Below the pieces are notes generated by a model. That model did not search any database, was not told where the DNA came from, and saw only the letters and a list, made by a program, of their open reading frames with translations. From an uncultured Chitinophagaceae bacterium (GTDB lineage Bacteria > Bacteroidota > Ignavibacteria > UBA10030 > UBA8401), in NCBI GenBank assembly GCA_964439265.1, contig CAYTOA010000005.1:9865-73864 (forward strand): a DNA stretch of 64,000 nt, written 5' to 3'. A program made the position numbers and the translations under genes. The stretch's first letter is position 1. Every line of letters starts with the position of its first letter. This document shows positions 50,001 to 58,795 of this stretch, one piece after another.

Positions 50001-51194
50001 ATAGCAGGCAGCGACAATCATCTGGATTTAGGGAATTCCTTAACGCAAACTGGGTCGAACAAAAATGTAGTAGAGACAAAAGCGTCTGTGGTAAACGTTG
50101 AGAAAAACACAGATCAGTCACAAGCGCCGAAATTGGATCAGGCCCAGATTATTCTTCCTTCCGAAACCGGCGGATTGTTCAAAGCTGCGGCAAGGGAAAA
50201 CGAATCGAGGACGGTTGGCAATAAGGGGCCTCAAATTCTTTCGTCGTTACCCGCGGGCTCACTATCACCCCGGACTTCGGTGATAGGGGATCGTACTGCG
50301 GCCCAGTCGGAGCTCCCTGGCCGGCGGGATGCAAATGCAGCACCTGTCAATCATCCTGACGATAAGGGAAAGCCTCCAAGAGGACAGGAATCGGATCTCC
50401 AAGGAGCAGCGAAGGGTGAGATTGTTACACTGCATGAAACCGTAAAAACGAATTCACAAACGGGATCGGGTAAAGATTCAGGCACGAATGAACAGTTTCA
50501 GCCTCAGGGTAAAATTGCGGAGACGCCACCCGCAGCTACGGATTCCGACCCGCTCCAGAGTTCTGCGGATGATACCGTGACGAAGACCGCAGCTGTGCTT
50601 CCTGCGATGCCCAACGGCAACACAAAAAATGTCCCCATTGCCGCTACGCAAGCGGAACTGCTCGCGAAAATGGCAAATCAGCTTTCAGGAATCCACAATT
50701 CGCAGCTCACCGTTCCTCGTCAGGAAAGCAGCGGACAGAGCACGGCGTCTGTGCCGACGACACAGACAGGACTGATGCCGGGAAATCTGGAGCAGATGGT
50801 TCTGGACCAGGTGTCCAAGAACCTTGTATTGAATCTTAACAATAATTCTTCTGAAGTTAGGATAGCGATGAAACCGGAATCGCTGGGTGAAGTGGTGATG
50901 AAGGTGAAAATGGATGATGGTAAAGTGTCCGCGCAAATCAACGTCAACAATATCAACGTGAAGGCGGTCCTTGATGCGAACGTAGCACAACTGCATGAAA
51001 CGCTCCTCTCAAAGGGCATCGAAGTCCAGCACATCGAGATTATCGCCGACGGTCAGACAGCATTTGGCAGTTCCTCGGGTCAGAACAACCCGAAACAAAA
51101 ATCACAGCAAAGGAGTGCCGCAGAAGTTGACGCGCTCGGTCAATACGACTCTCTTCGCACGATGGGTTACAACACAATTGAACTAATAATGTAA
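47064..51194 (+). CDS. fliK: Flagellar hook-length control protein FliK, unusually long (1376 aa)
   Basis: C-terminal Flg_hook domain (...VRIAMKPESLGEVVMKVKMDDGKVSAQINVNN...AQLHETLLSKGIEVQHIEI). About 1150 aa of Ser/Pro/Thr/Ala-rich low-complexity ruler region. Position is fliJ-x-fliK-flgD. Confidence 0.8.
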   Translation: MNILNILGIVPASQKNVVAGQGSFPAAPTQSLFLPMLLQFFAGNATKSETIPFSQVPLNGTAQPNIESPKNVKPSTNRPGDTNDSAGTGLDFLANQIARFGSVFATLQNVKFSDGIKNTPLGNDALGGVDSNEISSAQVLGRGGANVAPAAVVQDPFASVPTEGVSVPTISVQQTSVDVLPSVLDVPSSGSITAASVPPVVTSYAASNGTLPLAGFELTKRVDPPAIFPQAESHSAAEVMTEPALSELPSEAGNVTTLAPITNVTAVDGYDLIGMRQAAVGSVDPSTKLQHTEIPENTVLNAKETQAASLLSSKPSVRFSESGASTLQHQDNSVADSEAIVKPFTMPSPVFSKPAVQPDSPESSAVVPAIGTAPKTVVFASPSSMSPAPLPKPADQLSGVSSIIIIPPSEGTGETVGSALPSLTISNPVPPSVMPGIKSGEAESHVGAQDGDSNAAVENTMRRYDMTDTPAKINFLLDQLGNNTIQASPRNMNQADNIPVSLPGPLVKPITQENILTSKIIVSQPPEIPFSNPEGSLMDKGLRVSDSNVGQSHYLGIKDAAAIPVDQSNVKGSVSGGKDLDYIAGAKVEAGSLRTKFMAESEVGSEKNPIINEQVQPRENSIPASPLKSPSLNSTSPLESMTPIAQPTVGEVSVDPVPDGIASATSTPSETASSILPLTTKPADVMPASVVQQSIGPMTNEIKANPLPDRKVNTASTAFSPAKDVTLKPAASVEQSSVDVPPPTRDVSSADSKLITSNARAEIGQTSLDGESLLVGAASVKGIEPSATSPRIDRYSSTAVEPKVSFPEMPFDNTEKILAPALAANANQSGTNSAFGLRQSPVRLADSSITAPQSQSPGKDSVTLKSSPATTSSSQKPAASLSEVVPTAPLPQEEGTDNFAAIASSLPEVLAPSPRPLAATPAPFSKTLVQSGETKPRVELATNEISPSSVTPQDNLPSLPSPLSPLPPQKTALDHIEQDIAGSDNHLDLGNSLTQTGSNKNVVETKASVVNVEKNTDQSQAPKLDQAQIILPSETGGLFKAAARENESRTVGNKGPQILSSLPAGSLSPRTSVIGDRTAAQSELPGRRDANAAPVNHPDDKGKPPRGQESDLQGAAKGEIVTLHETVKTNSQTGSGKDSGTNEQFQPQGKIAETPPAATDSDPLQSSADDTVTKTAAVLPAMPNGNTKNVPIAATQAELLAKMANQLSGIHNSQLTVPRQESSGQSTASVPTTQTGLMPGNLEQMVLDQVSKNLVLNLNNNSSEVRIAMKPESLGEVVMKVKMDDGKVSAQINVNNINVKAVLDANVAQLHETLLSKGIEVQHIEIIADGQTAFGSSSGQNNPKQKSQQRSAAEVDALGQYDSLRTMGYNTIELIM

Positions 51195-51205
51195 AGGGTG
51201 ATCCT

Positions 51206-51898
51206 ATGTCTTCACAAGTACAATCTTTGAGCTCCGTTCTGGCTAATACGTCTTCGTCAACGAACTCGCCGCAAACCGCCTCAACACCGGTGCTAGGGGA
51301 GAACGATTTTCTGAAACTTTTGACGATGCAGATGCAGAACCAGGATCCTATGAATCCAATGAGCGGGACTGAATTTGCATCCCAGCTGGCCCAATTCAGC
51401 TCCGTTGAACAGTTGACCAATATCAACGCAGAGTTAGCACAAAGCATCAGTTCAAATTCCGTCCTTACACAGTCGATCAACAATGATCTTGCGGCGACCT
51501 TTATCGGAAAGGACGTGCGGGCGACAACGAATTCATTCCAGTACAGCGGGACGGGAAGCACCAAACTCGGCTACAATCTCCCTTCGGCTGCGAACACTGT
51601 TACCGTGAGTGTCACTGACGGAGCGGGAAATGTGGTAAAGACAATTCAAAGCGCCCCGACCGGAAGCGGCGATCAATCGTTTACGTGGGACGGGACCGAT
51701 AATTCGGGAAATCAAGTCGGCTCAGGGGCATACAAATTCTCTATCCAGGCGACAGACAGCACTGGTGCATCGATCACCGCATCGCCGTTTATTTACGGTA
51801 ATGTCTCGGGCGTTCGCTTCAAATCCGATGGCACGGTCTTTGTAGTTGATGGAATGGAAGTTCCATTATCCGACATCCTTGAAATATCACAAGAGTAA
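51206..51898 (+). CDS. flgD: Flagellar hook capping/scaffold protein FlgD
   Basis: N-terminal FLKLLTMQMQNQDPMNPM signature and a C-terminal FlgD Ig-like region. Confidence 0.88.
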   Translation: MSSQVQSLSSVLANTSSSTNSPQTASTPVLGENDFLKLLTMQMQNQDPMNPMSGTEFASQLAQFSSVEQLTNINAELAQSISSNSVLTQSINNDLAATFIGKDVRATTNSFQYSGTGSTKLGYNLPSAANTVTVSVTDGAGNVVKTIQSAPTGSGDQSFTWDGTDNSGNQVGSGAYKFSIQATDSTGASITASPFIYGNVSGVRFKSDGTVFVVDGMEVPLSDILEISQE

Positions 51899-51901
51899 GC
51901 C

Positions 51902-52288
51902 ATGGCTGAAACAGTAAACGGCATCAATGTTCCGTTCCTCCCTGTAGGAGGCGTCGACGCGCTCAAGGAGCGGCCGGCGATCAATGTTCCCGGGGAACGT
52001 TCTTTTGAGACTGTGCTTTCAAAGGAACTCAACGGCCTGAAATTCTCCAAGCACGCGCAGCAGCGTCTCGACTCGCGAAACATTCAGTTGAGCGACGACG
52101 ACATGACTCACCTATCGAACGCTGTCACAAAAGCGGACGAGAAAGGGGCGAAAGATTCACTGGTTCTCATGCGTGAGATGGCGTTCGTCGTCAGTGTCAA
52201 GAACCGTACCGTGGTCACAGCGATGGACAGTGCGCAATTAAAAGATAACGTCTTTACCAATATCGACAGTGCAATTATTGCATCATGA
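51902..52288 (+). CDS. Flagellar operon protein (YlzI/TIGR02530-like)
   Basis: 128-aa protein between flgD and flgE, containing ...FSKHAQQRLDSRNI..., as in the Firmicute/spirochete 'flagellar operon protein'. Confidence 0.4.
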   Translation: MAETVNGINVPFLPVGGVDALKERPAINVPGERSFETVLSKELNGLKFSKHAQQRLDSRNIQLSDDDMTHLSNAVTKADEKGAKDSLVLMREMAFVVSVKNRTVVTAMDSAQLKDNVFTNIDSAIIAS

Positions 52289-52436
52289 AATGTTTCACTT
52301 TCTAAATCACTAACACATAACAACCGGGCTGGTCCTCAGCGCATCGCGCAAGCGGCGTGCTGAGGGAGCCCTCCAGTCAAACCGAATGACAGACGTTTGA
52401 CAACCATTCCACAAATACCTTAGGAGGGTATTCATT

Positions 52437-54056
52437 ATGGCATTTCTTAGATCTCTATTCGCAGGCGTTTCCGGATTACAGAACAATCAGTTAATGATGG
52501 ACGTAATCGGAAACAACATCGCCAACATTAACACGATCGGATTCAAAGCGAGCAGGGCAACGTTCAGCGAAGCCTTTGCACAGACACTGCAAAACGCAAC
52601 CCAGCCGGGAGGGAACAGCGGCGGTACGAACGCGATTCAGGTTGGACTCGGTGTTGCGGTCAACACCGTTGACACTCAGTTCACACAGGGGACGCTTCAA
52701 TCGACCGGAGTTTCTACAGACCTCGCAATTCAGGGTAATGGATTCTTTGCGGTGAACCAGAATGGAACGACGCGATACACTCGGGTCGGGACATTTCAGC
52801 TGGACGCAACCGGTCAGTTCGTCAACCCGGGATCGGGCGCGATCCTGGAGGGGACACTGGCATCGGCGAACGGTATTATCACACCAGGAACCCAACTCCA
52901 AAACCTGAAGATCGACCTGAATCAAATCTCACCCGCAAAAGCAACCGGCAGCGTACAGCTCGCTGGAAATCTGGATGCAACGGCGACAGTCGCCGAAGCC
53001 GACCTGACAGGCAATATCGACTCAGGCACCATCGTCGGAGGCACTGTCAATCAGAATTTCAACGTTACGGATGATTTCGGTGTGTCGCATGCGGTGACAA
53101 TGACATTGACGAAGACTGCTGCTGATACCTGGAGCGTTGCAACAACTGACCCGAGCGGAACGGTAGTCGGAGGATCTGGCACTGCGACTTTTGATCCGAC
53201 AACCGGGGCACTAACAGCATTCACTCCGGCGAACATCACATTGAACCCGACGGACAAGGCACCTTCGATTTCAGTGGATATTGCTACGACCGGTCTTACA
53301 CAGACGGCCGGAGCGAGCACTTTTGCGGCGGACCTCTCGAAAGCTGCAGACTCTACGAACGCCTCGGTAACTGTGTACGATTCATTAGGGAATTCGCACT
53401 CCCTTTCGGTGAAATTCACGAAGACCACAACTCCGAACGAATGGACATGGTCGGCGGAAGCTCCGTCCCCTGCTACGATTACCGCAGGACAAACCGGCAA
53501 GATTGATTTCAATTCGGACGGTACTTTGAAAGCGTTCACATACGACGACGCTTCGACGGGACTTAAGATGTCTCCCAATGACGGCGCTTCGGCGATGTCG
53601 GTTAACCTGAGTGCGGGAACCGTGGATGCGTTCGGCGGTATTACGCAGACCAGCGGAACGTCGACCATTTCTCCTCAATCACAGGATGGTTATGCCGCTG
53701 GAAATTTGAGCGGAGTGACCGTCGACCAGAGCGGGAAAATCCTCGGAACGTTCACGAACGGTGCCAGCGTAACAATGGGTCAAGTGATGCTGGCTACGTT
53801 CGACAACCCGAACGGCCTGACGACTGCGGGCGGCAACATGTTCGATGCGTCGGGAAACTCCGGCTCACCGACCATTGCGGCAGCAGGCGGTCCTTCAAAT
53901 TCAACGATCGTCGCCGGCTCATTGGAAGAATCCAATGTCGATCTTGCTCAGGAATTTACGAACATGATCACAGCGCAGCGTGGCTTCCAGGCCAGCGCAC
54001 GCGTCATAACAGTCGCCGATCAGTTCCTGGATGAGGTTGTCAGCTTGAAGAGGTAA
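52437..54056 (+). CDS. flgE: Flagellar hook protein FlgE
   Basis: N-terminal SGLQNNQLMMDVIGNNIANINTIGFKASR and C-terminal ...AQEFTNMITAQRGFQASARVITVADQFL. Confidence 0.92.
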   Translation: MAFLRSLFAGVSGLQNNQLMMDVIGNNIANINTIGFKASRATFSEAFAQTLQNATQPGGNSGGTNAIQVGLGVAVNTVDTQFTQGTLQSTGVSTDLAIQGNGFFAVNQNGTTRYTRVGTFQLDATGQFVNPGSGAILEGTLASANGIITPGTQLQNLKIDLNQISPAKATGSVQLAGNLDATATVAEADLTGNIDSGTIVGGTVNQNFNVTDDFGVSHAVTMTLTKTAADTWSVATTDPSGTVVGGSGTATFDPTTGALTAFTPANITLNPTDKAPSISVDIATTGLTQTAGASTFAADLSKAADSTNASVTVYDSLGNSHSLSVKFTKTTTPNEWTWSAEAPSPATITAGQTGKIDFNSDGTLKAFTYDDASTGLKMSPNDGASAMSVNLSAGTVDAFGGITQTSGTSTISPQSQDGYAAGNLSGVTVDQSGKILGTFTNGASVTMGQVMLATFDNPNGLTTAGGNMFDASGNSGSPTIAAAGGPSNSTIVAGSLEESNVDLAQEFTNMITAQRGFQASARVITVADQFLDEVVSLKR

Positions 54057-54065
54057 TCATCATCT

Positions 54066-54105
54066 GCGGGCGGTCTGAAGTCGGGACCGCCCGCATTTTT
54101 ATTTC
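54066..54105 (+). terminator. Rho-independent terminator after flgE
   Basis: GC-rich 10-bp stem gcgggcggtc / gaccgcccgc with a 9-nt loop, followed by ATTTTTATTT. Confidence 0.75.
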
Positions 54106-54203
54106 GCGCTTTGGCTGATAGTGACCATCTCCATATAAGGGCCGCACGCAACCGGCCGCAGCGTAAAACAAGGATTCTCCATTTTACACGTGAAGGGATA
54201 TTT

Positions 54204-54410
54204 ATGATTGAAGTAACCCGGCTACAAAGTCAAAAAATCGTTGTCAATGCCGACCTTATTGAATTCGTGGAAGAAACTCCCGATACGATGATTACGACAA
54301 CCACGGGAAAAAAGCTGATCGTGAGAGAATCGGTCAACGACGTGATCGACAAAGTCGTTGCCTATCGCCGCCAGTGCCTGATCATGAAGCTGGCTCACAA
54401 GAAACGGTGA
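54204..54410 (+). CDS. flbD: Flagellar protein FlbD
   Basis: 68 aa: MIEVTRLQSQKIVVNADLIEFVEETPDTMITTTTGKKLIVRESVNDVIDKVVAYRR. Classic FlbD. Confidence 0.8.
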   Translation: MIEVTRLQSQKIVVNADLIEFVEETPDTMITTTTGKKLIVRESVNDVIDKVVAYRRQCLIMKLAHKKR

Positions 54411-54576
54411 GGTTTGAGGGGATTATTCTCCAGCTGTCTGATATTCTCCACCATGCATGCCTCGTTTTTTGTCAAATACCTCCTTTATCTCAGGAAACCG
54501 CAGTATTTCACCCCTCATGCGACTTTTTGATTTTCAAACTCATGGCACATGATTTGCCGATTGTAGTTAGAAACAA

Positions 54577-55122
54577 TTGGAAACCATGGCAAAAGAACTT
54601 TCCCCTCTGAATCAATCGTCAGCCCAGTCTACAGACACAGCCGTAAAGACTCCTGCACAGCCCTTTTTTACCAAAAAGATCATCATGATCGGTGTCCCGA
54701 TTTTTGTTGTGCAGTTGGCTATAATCTATTTTCTGATGGCAAAATTTATCGCCGCCCCTGCGCACACCGCAGCAAGCCCGGCAAAGGTCGAAGAAGAGGC
54801 TCAAAAGGCAGAATCAGCAACGCAGAACATTTTTCTCATAAAGGATATTATCATCAATCCGGCTGGAACGAATGGAACCCGTTTCCTTCTTACGACGGTA
54901 GGGATAGAAGTCTCGACCCCCGAAGCGCAGCAGGAACTTGAGAAAAAAGAGGTCCAGGTTCGTGACGTTCTCAATTCGATCCTGACGAGCAAAGGGTTGA
55001 GTGAGTTGGTCAGTATTGAACAGCGCGAATTAATGCGCAATGAGATTTCGAAGAAAGTAGGGGAGCTTCTCAAATCGGGAAAGCTTCGTAACGTGTACTT
55101 TAGCAAATTCATCATCCAATAA
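54577..55122 (+). CDS. fliL: Flagellar basal body-associated protein FliL
   Basis: Single transmembrane segment plus a FliL periplasmic domain (IFLIKDIIINPAGTNGTRFLLTTVGIEV...VRDVLNSIL). Confidence 0.7.
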   Translation: METMAKELSPLNQSSAQSTDTAVKTPAQPFFTKKIIMIGVPIFVVQLAIIYFLMAKFIAAPAHTAASPAKVEEEAQKAESATQNIFLIKDIIINPAGTNGTRFLLTTVGIEVSTPEAQQELEKKEVQVRDVLNSILTSKGLSELVSIEQRELMRNEISKKVGELLKSGKLRNVYFSKFIIQ

Positions 55123-55133
55123 GGTTAGGTACT

Positions 55134-56132
55134 GTGGCAGAAATTCTCTCCCAGCAAGAGATCGATAGTCTTCTATCAGGCATCCCCATCGAGGAGCCAA
55201 CAGGCGTTCCGGTCCCGGTTTCGGGAACGAAGTCTGAACGTGAGGTCATCACGTTCGATTTTCGCCTGCCCCACAGGTTGTCGAAAAACCAGCTGCGCAC
55301 GCTCCAGGCCGTCCACGAGAATTTCAGTGAATCATTTGCATCGTATCTCCTTTCCCGTCTTCAAACGACCGTTGGAGTCATCGTCACTTCGGTCGATCAG
55401 TTGTTCTATTCCGAATATGTTCTTTCAATACCGAGCCCAAGCTGCCTGTATGTCTTTCGTATCGCCGACACGGATGCGTTTGCGCTGCTGGAATTCAGCC
55501 CTCAATTGGTCATGGCGATGGTATCCCGTCTTCTCGGAGGTTCGACGGACGGCGAAAAGCGAGCACGACAGATCACAAAGATCGAGCAGAGCATCATTAA
55601 AGGCATCGCCCAACGGGCGCTTGTCGATCTGCAGAAATCATGGAAGACGATTGCCGATCTCAATTTCAAGATGGACCGGTACGAAAACGAGGGAGATTTT
55701 GCGCAGATTGCACCGACGAGCGAAATCGTCCTCGTCGTTTCATTTGAAGTTTCATTCGGAGATCAGAAATTCCTTATGGGTCTCTGCTTCCCGACCTTCG
55801 CATTGGAAGAAGAGCTTGCAAAACTGAATATGCAGCATTTCAACGCTCTTCCCGGCACAAAAGTTCAGGGAGACTGGTCGGAACAAATACTCAAAAGTAT
55901 CGGGCACACGGCGATCGAAGCAGTCGGAGTGCTCGGCTCTACGACCATTACACTGCGCGATCTCCTCGAACTTGAAGCCGGCGATATTCTGAAAACCAAC
56001 CTGCCGATCAACGGTGAAGTGCAGGTGACAATAGGAAACAGGCCTCGGCTGTGGGGGCGCCCCGGAGTCTCTAACGGCAGGACCGCAATCAAAGTTGTAC
56101 GAACCGAAACAGACGGAAACCAAGGAGCATAA
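55134..56132 (+). CDS. fliM: Flagellar motor switch protein FliM
   Basis: N-terminal CheY-P binding motif LSQQEIDSLLSG, a CheC-like middle domain, and a C-terminal SpoA domain. Confidence 0.92.
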   Translation: MAEILSQQEIDSLLSGIPIEEPTGVPVPVSGTKSEREVITFDFRLPHRLSKNQLRTLQAVHENFSESFASYLLSRLQTTVGVIVTSVDQLFYSEYVLSIPSPSCLYVFRIADTDAFALLEFSPQLVMAMVSRLLGGSTDGEKRARQITKIEQSIIKGIAQRALVDLQKSWKTIADLNFKMDRYENEGDFAQIAPTSEIVLVVSFEVSFGDQKFLMGLCFPTFALEEELAKLNMQHFNALPGTKVQGDWSEQILKSIGHTAIEAVGVLGSTTITLRDLLELEAGDILKTNLPINGEVQVTIGNRPRLWGRPGVSNGRTAIKVVRTETDGNQGA

Positions 56133-56138
56133 CGGATC

Positions 56139-56528
56139 ATGGAAGACCAAAACGAAAAGACATCGATACCCGTCCCGATAGAACCGACAGCGGGGAACGG
56201 AAATGTGCAGGTCGAGAGCGCGAAGTTTCAGCAGCTCGACTCGAGCCCGACGTTCGCTGATAAAGAAAAGAAGATGGGACTCCTGCTCGACCTGAGTCTT
56301 CCTGTTTCTATCGAGCTGGGGAGGACGAACCTTCCGATCAGAGATATTCTGGATCTCCAGCGCGGTTCGGTCGTCGAGTTCGAGAAATTGGCAAGCGAGC
56401 CGGTGGATATTTTGATCAACGGTCGTAAAATGGCCGAAGGCGAAGTTGTTGTCATCGAAAAACATTTTGCCATTCGCATCACAAGTCTCGTTGAGACTTC
56501 CGAGCGCGTAAAAAACCTGGGGAAATAA
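56139..56528 (+). CDS. fliN: Flagellar motor switch protein FliN
   Basis: SpoA/FliN domain (LLDLSLPVSIELGRTNLPIRDILDLQRGSVVEFEKL...), 129 aa. Confidence 0.9.
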   Translation: MEDQNEKTSIPVPIEPTAGNGNVQVESAKFQQLDSSPTFADKEKKMGLLLDLSLPVSIELGRTNLPIRDILDLQRGSVVEFEKLASEPVDILINGRKMAEGEVVVIEKHFAIRITSLVETSERVKNLGK

Positions 56529-56531
56529 ATT

Positions 56532-56972
56532 ATGGGATGGGTACTTCTTAAAACTCTTGCTTCGCTCGCTGCTGTCATCGGACTGATGTTCGGCCTTGTC
56601 ATTGTGATGAAAAAATATATGTACGGATTTCAAGCGACAAGGTCGGCAGTCATCAGCGTGGATGTTCTCGGGCAGCGGTTGATTCAGCCCAAACGATCTG
56701 TTGTTGTGGTGAAAGTGCTTAATAAGATCATGATTATCGGGATGTCGGAAGCGGGAATGATTTCGCTGGGCGAGATCAACGATGCCGACATCCTCCACTG
56801 GATCGATTCGACAGTAGCCGAGGCCGACAGTTCTGCCGGAGTTCCTTCTGCGGGAAAAGAAAGCGCCGGCGCCTTTATCGAGTATCTCGGAAGAAACATC
56901 GGGATGCTTCGCCCAAAGAATCGTAAGGGAAATGCCGGAGTTCAACATCCGGAAACGGAAGAGGAAAACTGA
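56532..56972 (+). CDS. fliO: Flagellar biosynthesis protein FliO/FliZ
   Basis: Single N-terminal transmembrane helix, 146 aa, positioned immediately before fliP. Confidence 0.55.
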   Translation: MGWVLLKTLASLAAVIGLMFGLVIVMKKYMYGFQATRSAVISVDVLGQRLIQPKRSVVVVKVLNKIMIIGMSEAGMISLGEINDADILHWIDSTVAEADSSAGVPSAGKESAGAFIEYLGRNIGMLRPKNRKGNAGVQHPETEEEN

Positions 56973-56978
56973 ACCATT

Positions 56979-57740
56979 ATGACATCACTGCACAGAAATA
57001 TAATGCTTATTGTTCTTGTCGTTTTCATGGCCGGAAGCGAAGCGCTTGCACAACAAACCGCGTTCCCCCTTCCCAAACTGTCCATCGAGGTTGGCAAGGC
57101 GACAAAGCCGGAAGACGTTTCCGTCACGCTCCAGATCCTTTTGCTGATGACGATCCTCTCACTGGCTCCCGCGATCCTGATTCTAACGACGGCGTTCACC
57201 CGCATCATCGTGGTTTTTTATTTTGTCAAGCAGGCGCTCGGTACGCCGCAAATGCCGCCCGCCCAGATACTGGTCGGTCTCGCAATGTTCCTGACATTTT
57301 TTATCATGGCTCCGGTCTGGACCAAGGTCAATACTGTGGCGGTGCAGCCCTACCTTGAGAAAAAGCTCAGCCTTACGGCAGCCTACGACCGCGGTGTCGA
57401 CCCCCTGCGTGAATTCATGTTCAAGCAAACGCGCGAAGAAGACCTTGGATTGTTCGTTAAGATGGCGAACCTGCAAAAACCGAACAGCCGGGCAGATGTG
57501 CCGACGTATGTCGTCATTCCCGCGTTTGCGATCAGCGAACTGAGGACGGGCTTTCAGATCGGATTCATCATCTTTATTCCGTTTCTCATCATCGATGTTG
57601 TCGTGTCGAGCATCCTTATGTCGATGGGTATGATGATGCTTCCCCCGGCTATGATCTCTATGCCGTTCAAAATATTATTGTTCATCCTAGTGGACGGATG
57701 GCATCTCGTGGTCAGCTCGCTTATGGCAAGTTATCAATAA
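56979..57740 (+). CDS. fliP: Flagellar export apparatus protein FliP
   Basis: Signal-like N-terminus, then TILSLAPAILILTTAFTRIIVV...ALGTPQMPP and GFIIFIPFLIIDVVVSSILMSMGMMMLPP. Confidence 0.92.
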   Translation: MTSLHRNIMLIVLVVFMAGSEALAQQTAFPLPKLSIEVGKATKPEDVSVTLQILLLMTILSLAPAILILTTAFTRIIVVFYFVKQALGTPQMPPAQILVGLAMFLTFFIMAPVWTKVNTVAVQPYLEKKLSLTAAYDRGVDPLREFMFKQTREEDLGLFVKMANLQKPNSRADVPTYVVIPAFAISELRTGFQIGFIIFIPFLIIDVVVSSILMSMGMMMLPPAMISMPFKILLFILVDGWHLVVSSLMASYQ

Positions 57741-57751
57741 AGGAAAGCGTC

Positions 57752-58021
57752 ATGTCGGAAGAATTTGTCATCCATATTTTTCGTGAATCATTTTATACGA
57801 TGCTGCTGGTGTCGGCTCCGGTGCTCCTCGTCTCGCTGGTCATCGGGCTTGTCATCTCGGTGTTCCAGGCGGCGACGTCGATCCAGGAATTCACGCTGAC
57901 CTTTGTCCCGAAACTTATCGCCGTTGCGATCGTCGTCGTTTTGACGCTCCCGTGGATCATCGACATTATGGTAACGTTTACGATCAACCTCTATACTCAA
58001 ATTCCGAGTCTGGCTCGCTAA
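57752..58021 (+). CDS. fliQ: Flagellar export apparatus protein FliQ
   Basis: 89-aa protein with two transmembrane helices in the fliP-fliQ-fliR position. Confidence 0.88.
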   Translation: MSEEFVIHIFRESFYTMLLVSAPVLLVSLVIGLVISVFQAATSIQEFTLTFVPKLIAVAIVVVLTLPWIIDIMVTFTINLYTQIPSLAR

Positions 58022-58024
58022 CGT

Positions 58025-58792
58025 ATGGAACTTTACGTTTCACAATTTCTCCTGTTTCTTGTCATTTTTGCACGGATCACGGCGCTTGTGGTCGTGGCGC
58101 CTGTCTTTGGGCACCGCAGTATTCCCGTTCAGGTGAAGGCAGGGCTTGGAGCGCTTCTGACAATCATCCTATATCCAATGATCTCCCAGCATCCCGTGGC
58201 AGTGGACCTGCAGTTGATCCCGTTCTTCATCCTGGTGATTCGCGAGGTCATGGTCGGAGTACTCCTCGGGTTTGGTCTCGGAATTCTCTTCTCAGGTATT
58301 CAGTACGCTGGAGAACTCATTTCCTTCAGCATAGGTCTTTCCGTTGCGACGATGTTCAGCTCGGAAGACAACCAGCAGACGCCGGTTATAGGCGAGTTCA
58401 TGTCCCTCTTCGCGATGCTGATTTTCCTCATGCTCAACGGACATCACTTTGTCCTGGAAGCGCTGCGGCTTACCTACAGCACCGTGCCGATCGGCACGTT
58501 CGGTTTCAGTCAGCCGCTGTTCGAGCGCTTTGTCGCACTGGGGTCGATGATGTTCGTCGTTGCGGTGAAAATATCGGCTCCGGTCATGGTCGCTGAGTTT
58601 CTTACCAACGTTGGGCTCTCCATCATGGCGCGCGTCATGCCGCAGATGAATGTGTTTGTCGTCAGCTTTCCGTTGAGCATCGGCGTCGGCTTGATCGTAT
58701 TATTTTCGTCCGCTCCCTTTATGGTCTTTATATTCAAGAAATTGTTGTTAGGGTTTGAAGATAACATTGTTGAACTGGTTAAAGTACTCTGA
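58025..58792 (+). CDS. fliR: Flagellar export apparatus protein FliR
   Basis: 255-aa polytopic membrane protein following fliQ. Confidence 0.88.
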   Translation: MELYVSQFLLFLVIFARITALVVVAPVFGHRSIPVQVKAGLGALLTIILYPMISQHPVAVDLQLIPFFILVIREVMVGVLLGFGLGILFSGIQYAGELISFSIGLSVATMFSSEDNQQTPVIGEFMSLFAMLIFLMLNGHHFVLEALRLTYSTVPIGTFGFSQPLFERFVALGSMMFVVAVKISAPVMVAEFLTNVGLSIMARVMPQMNVFVVSFPLSIGVGLIVLFSSAPFMVFIFKKLLLGFEDNIVELVKVL

Positions 58793-58795
58793 CCC

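Noticed and set aside
55752-56948. 398-aa minus-strand ORF
   Set aside because: Antisense to fliM, fliN and fliO, which have unambiguous motifs on the + strand. The minus-frame peptide is compositionally odd, with no domains.
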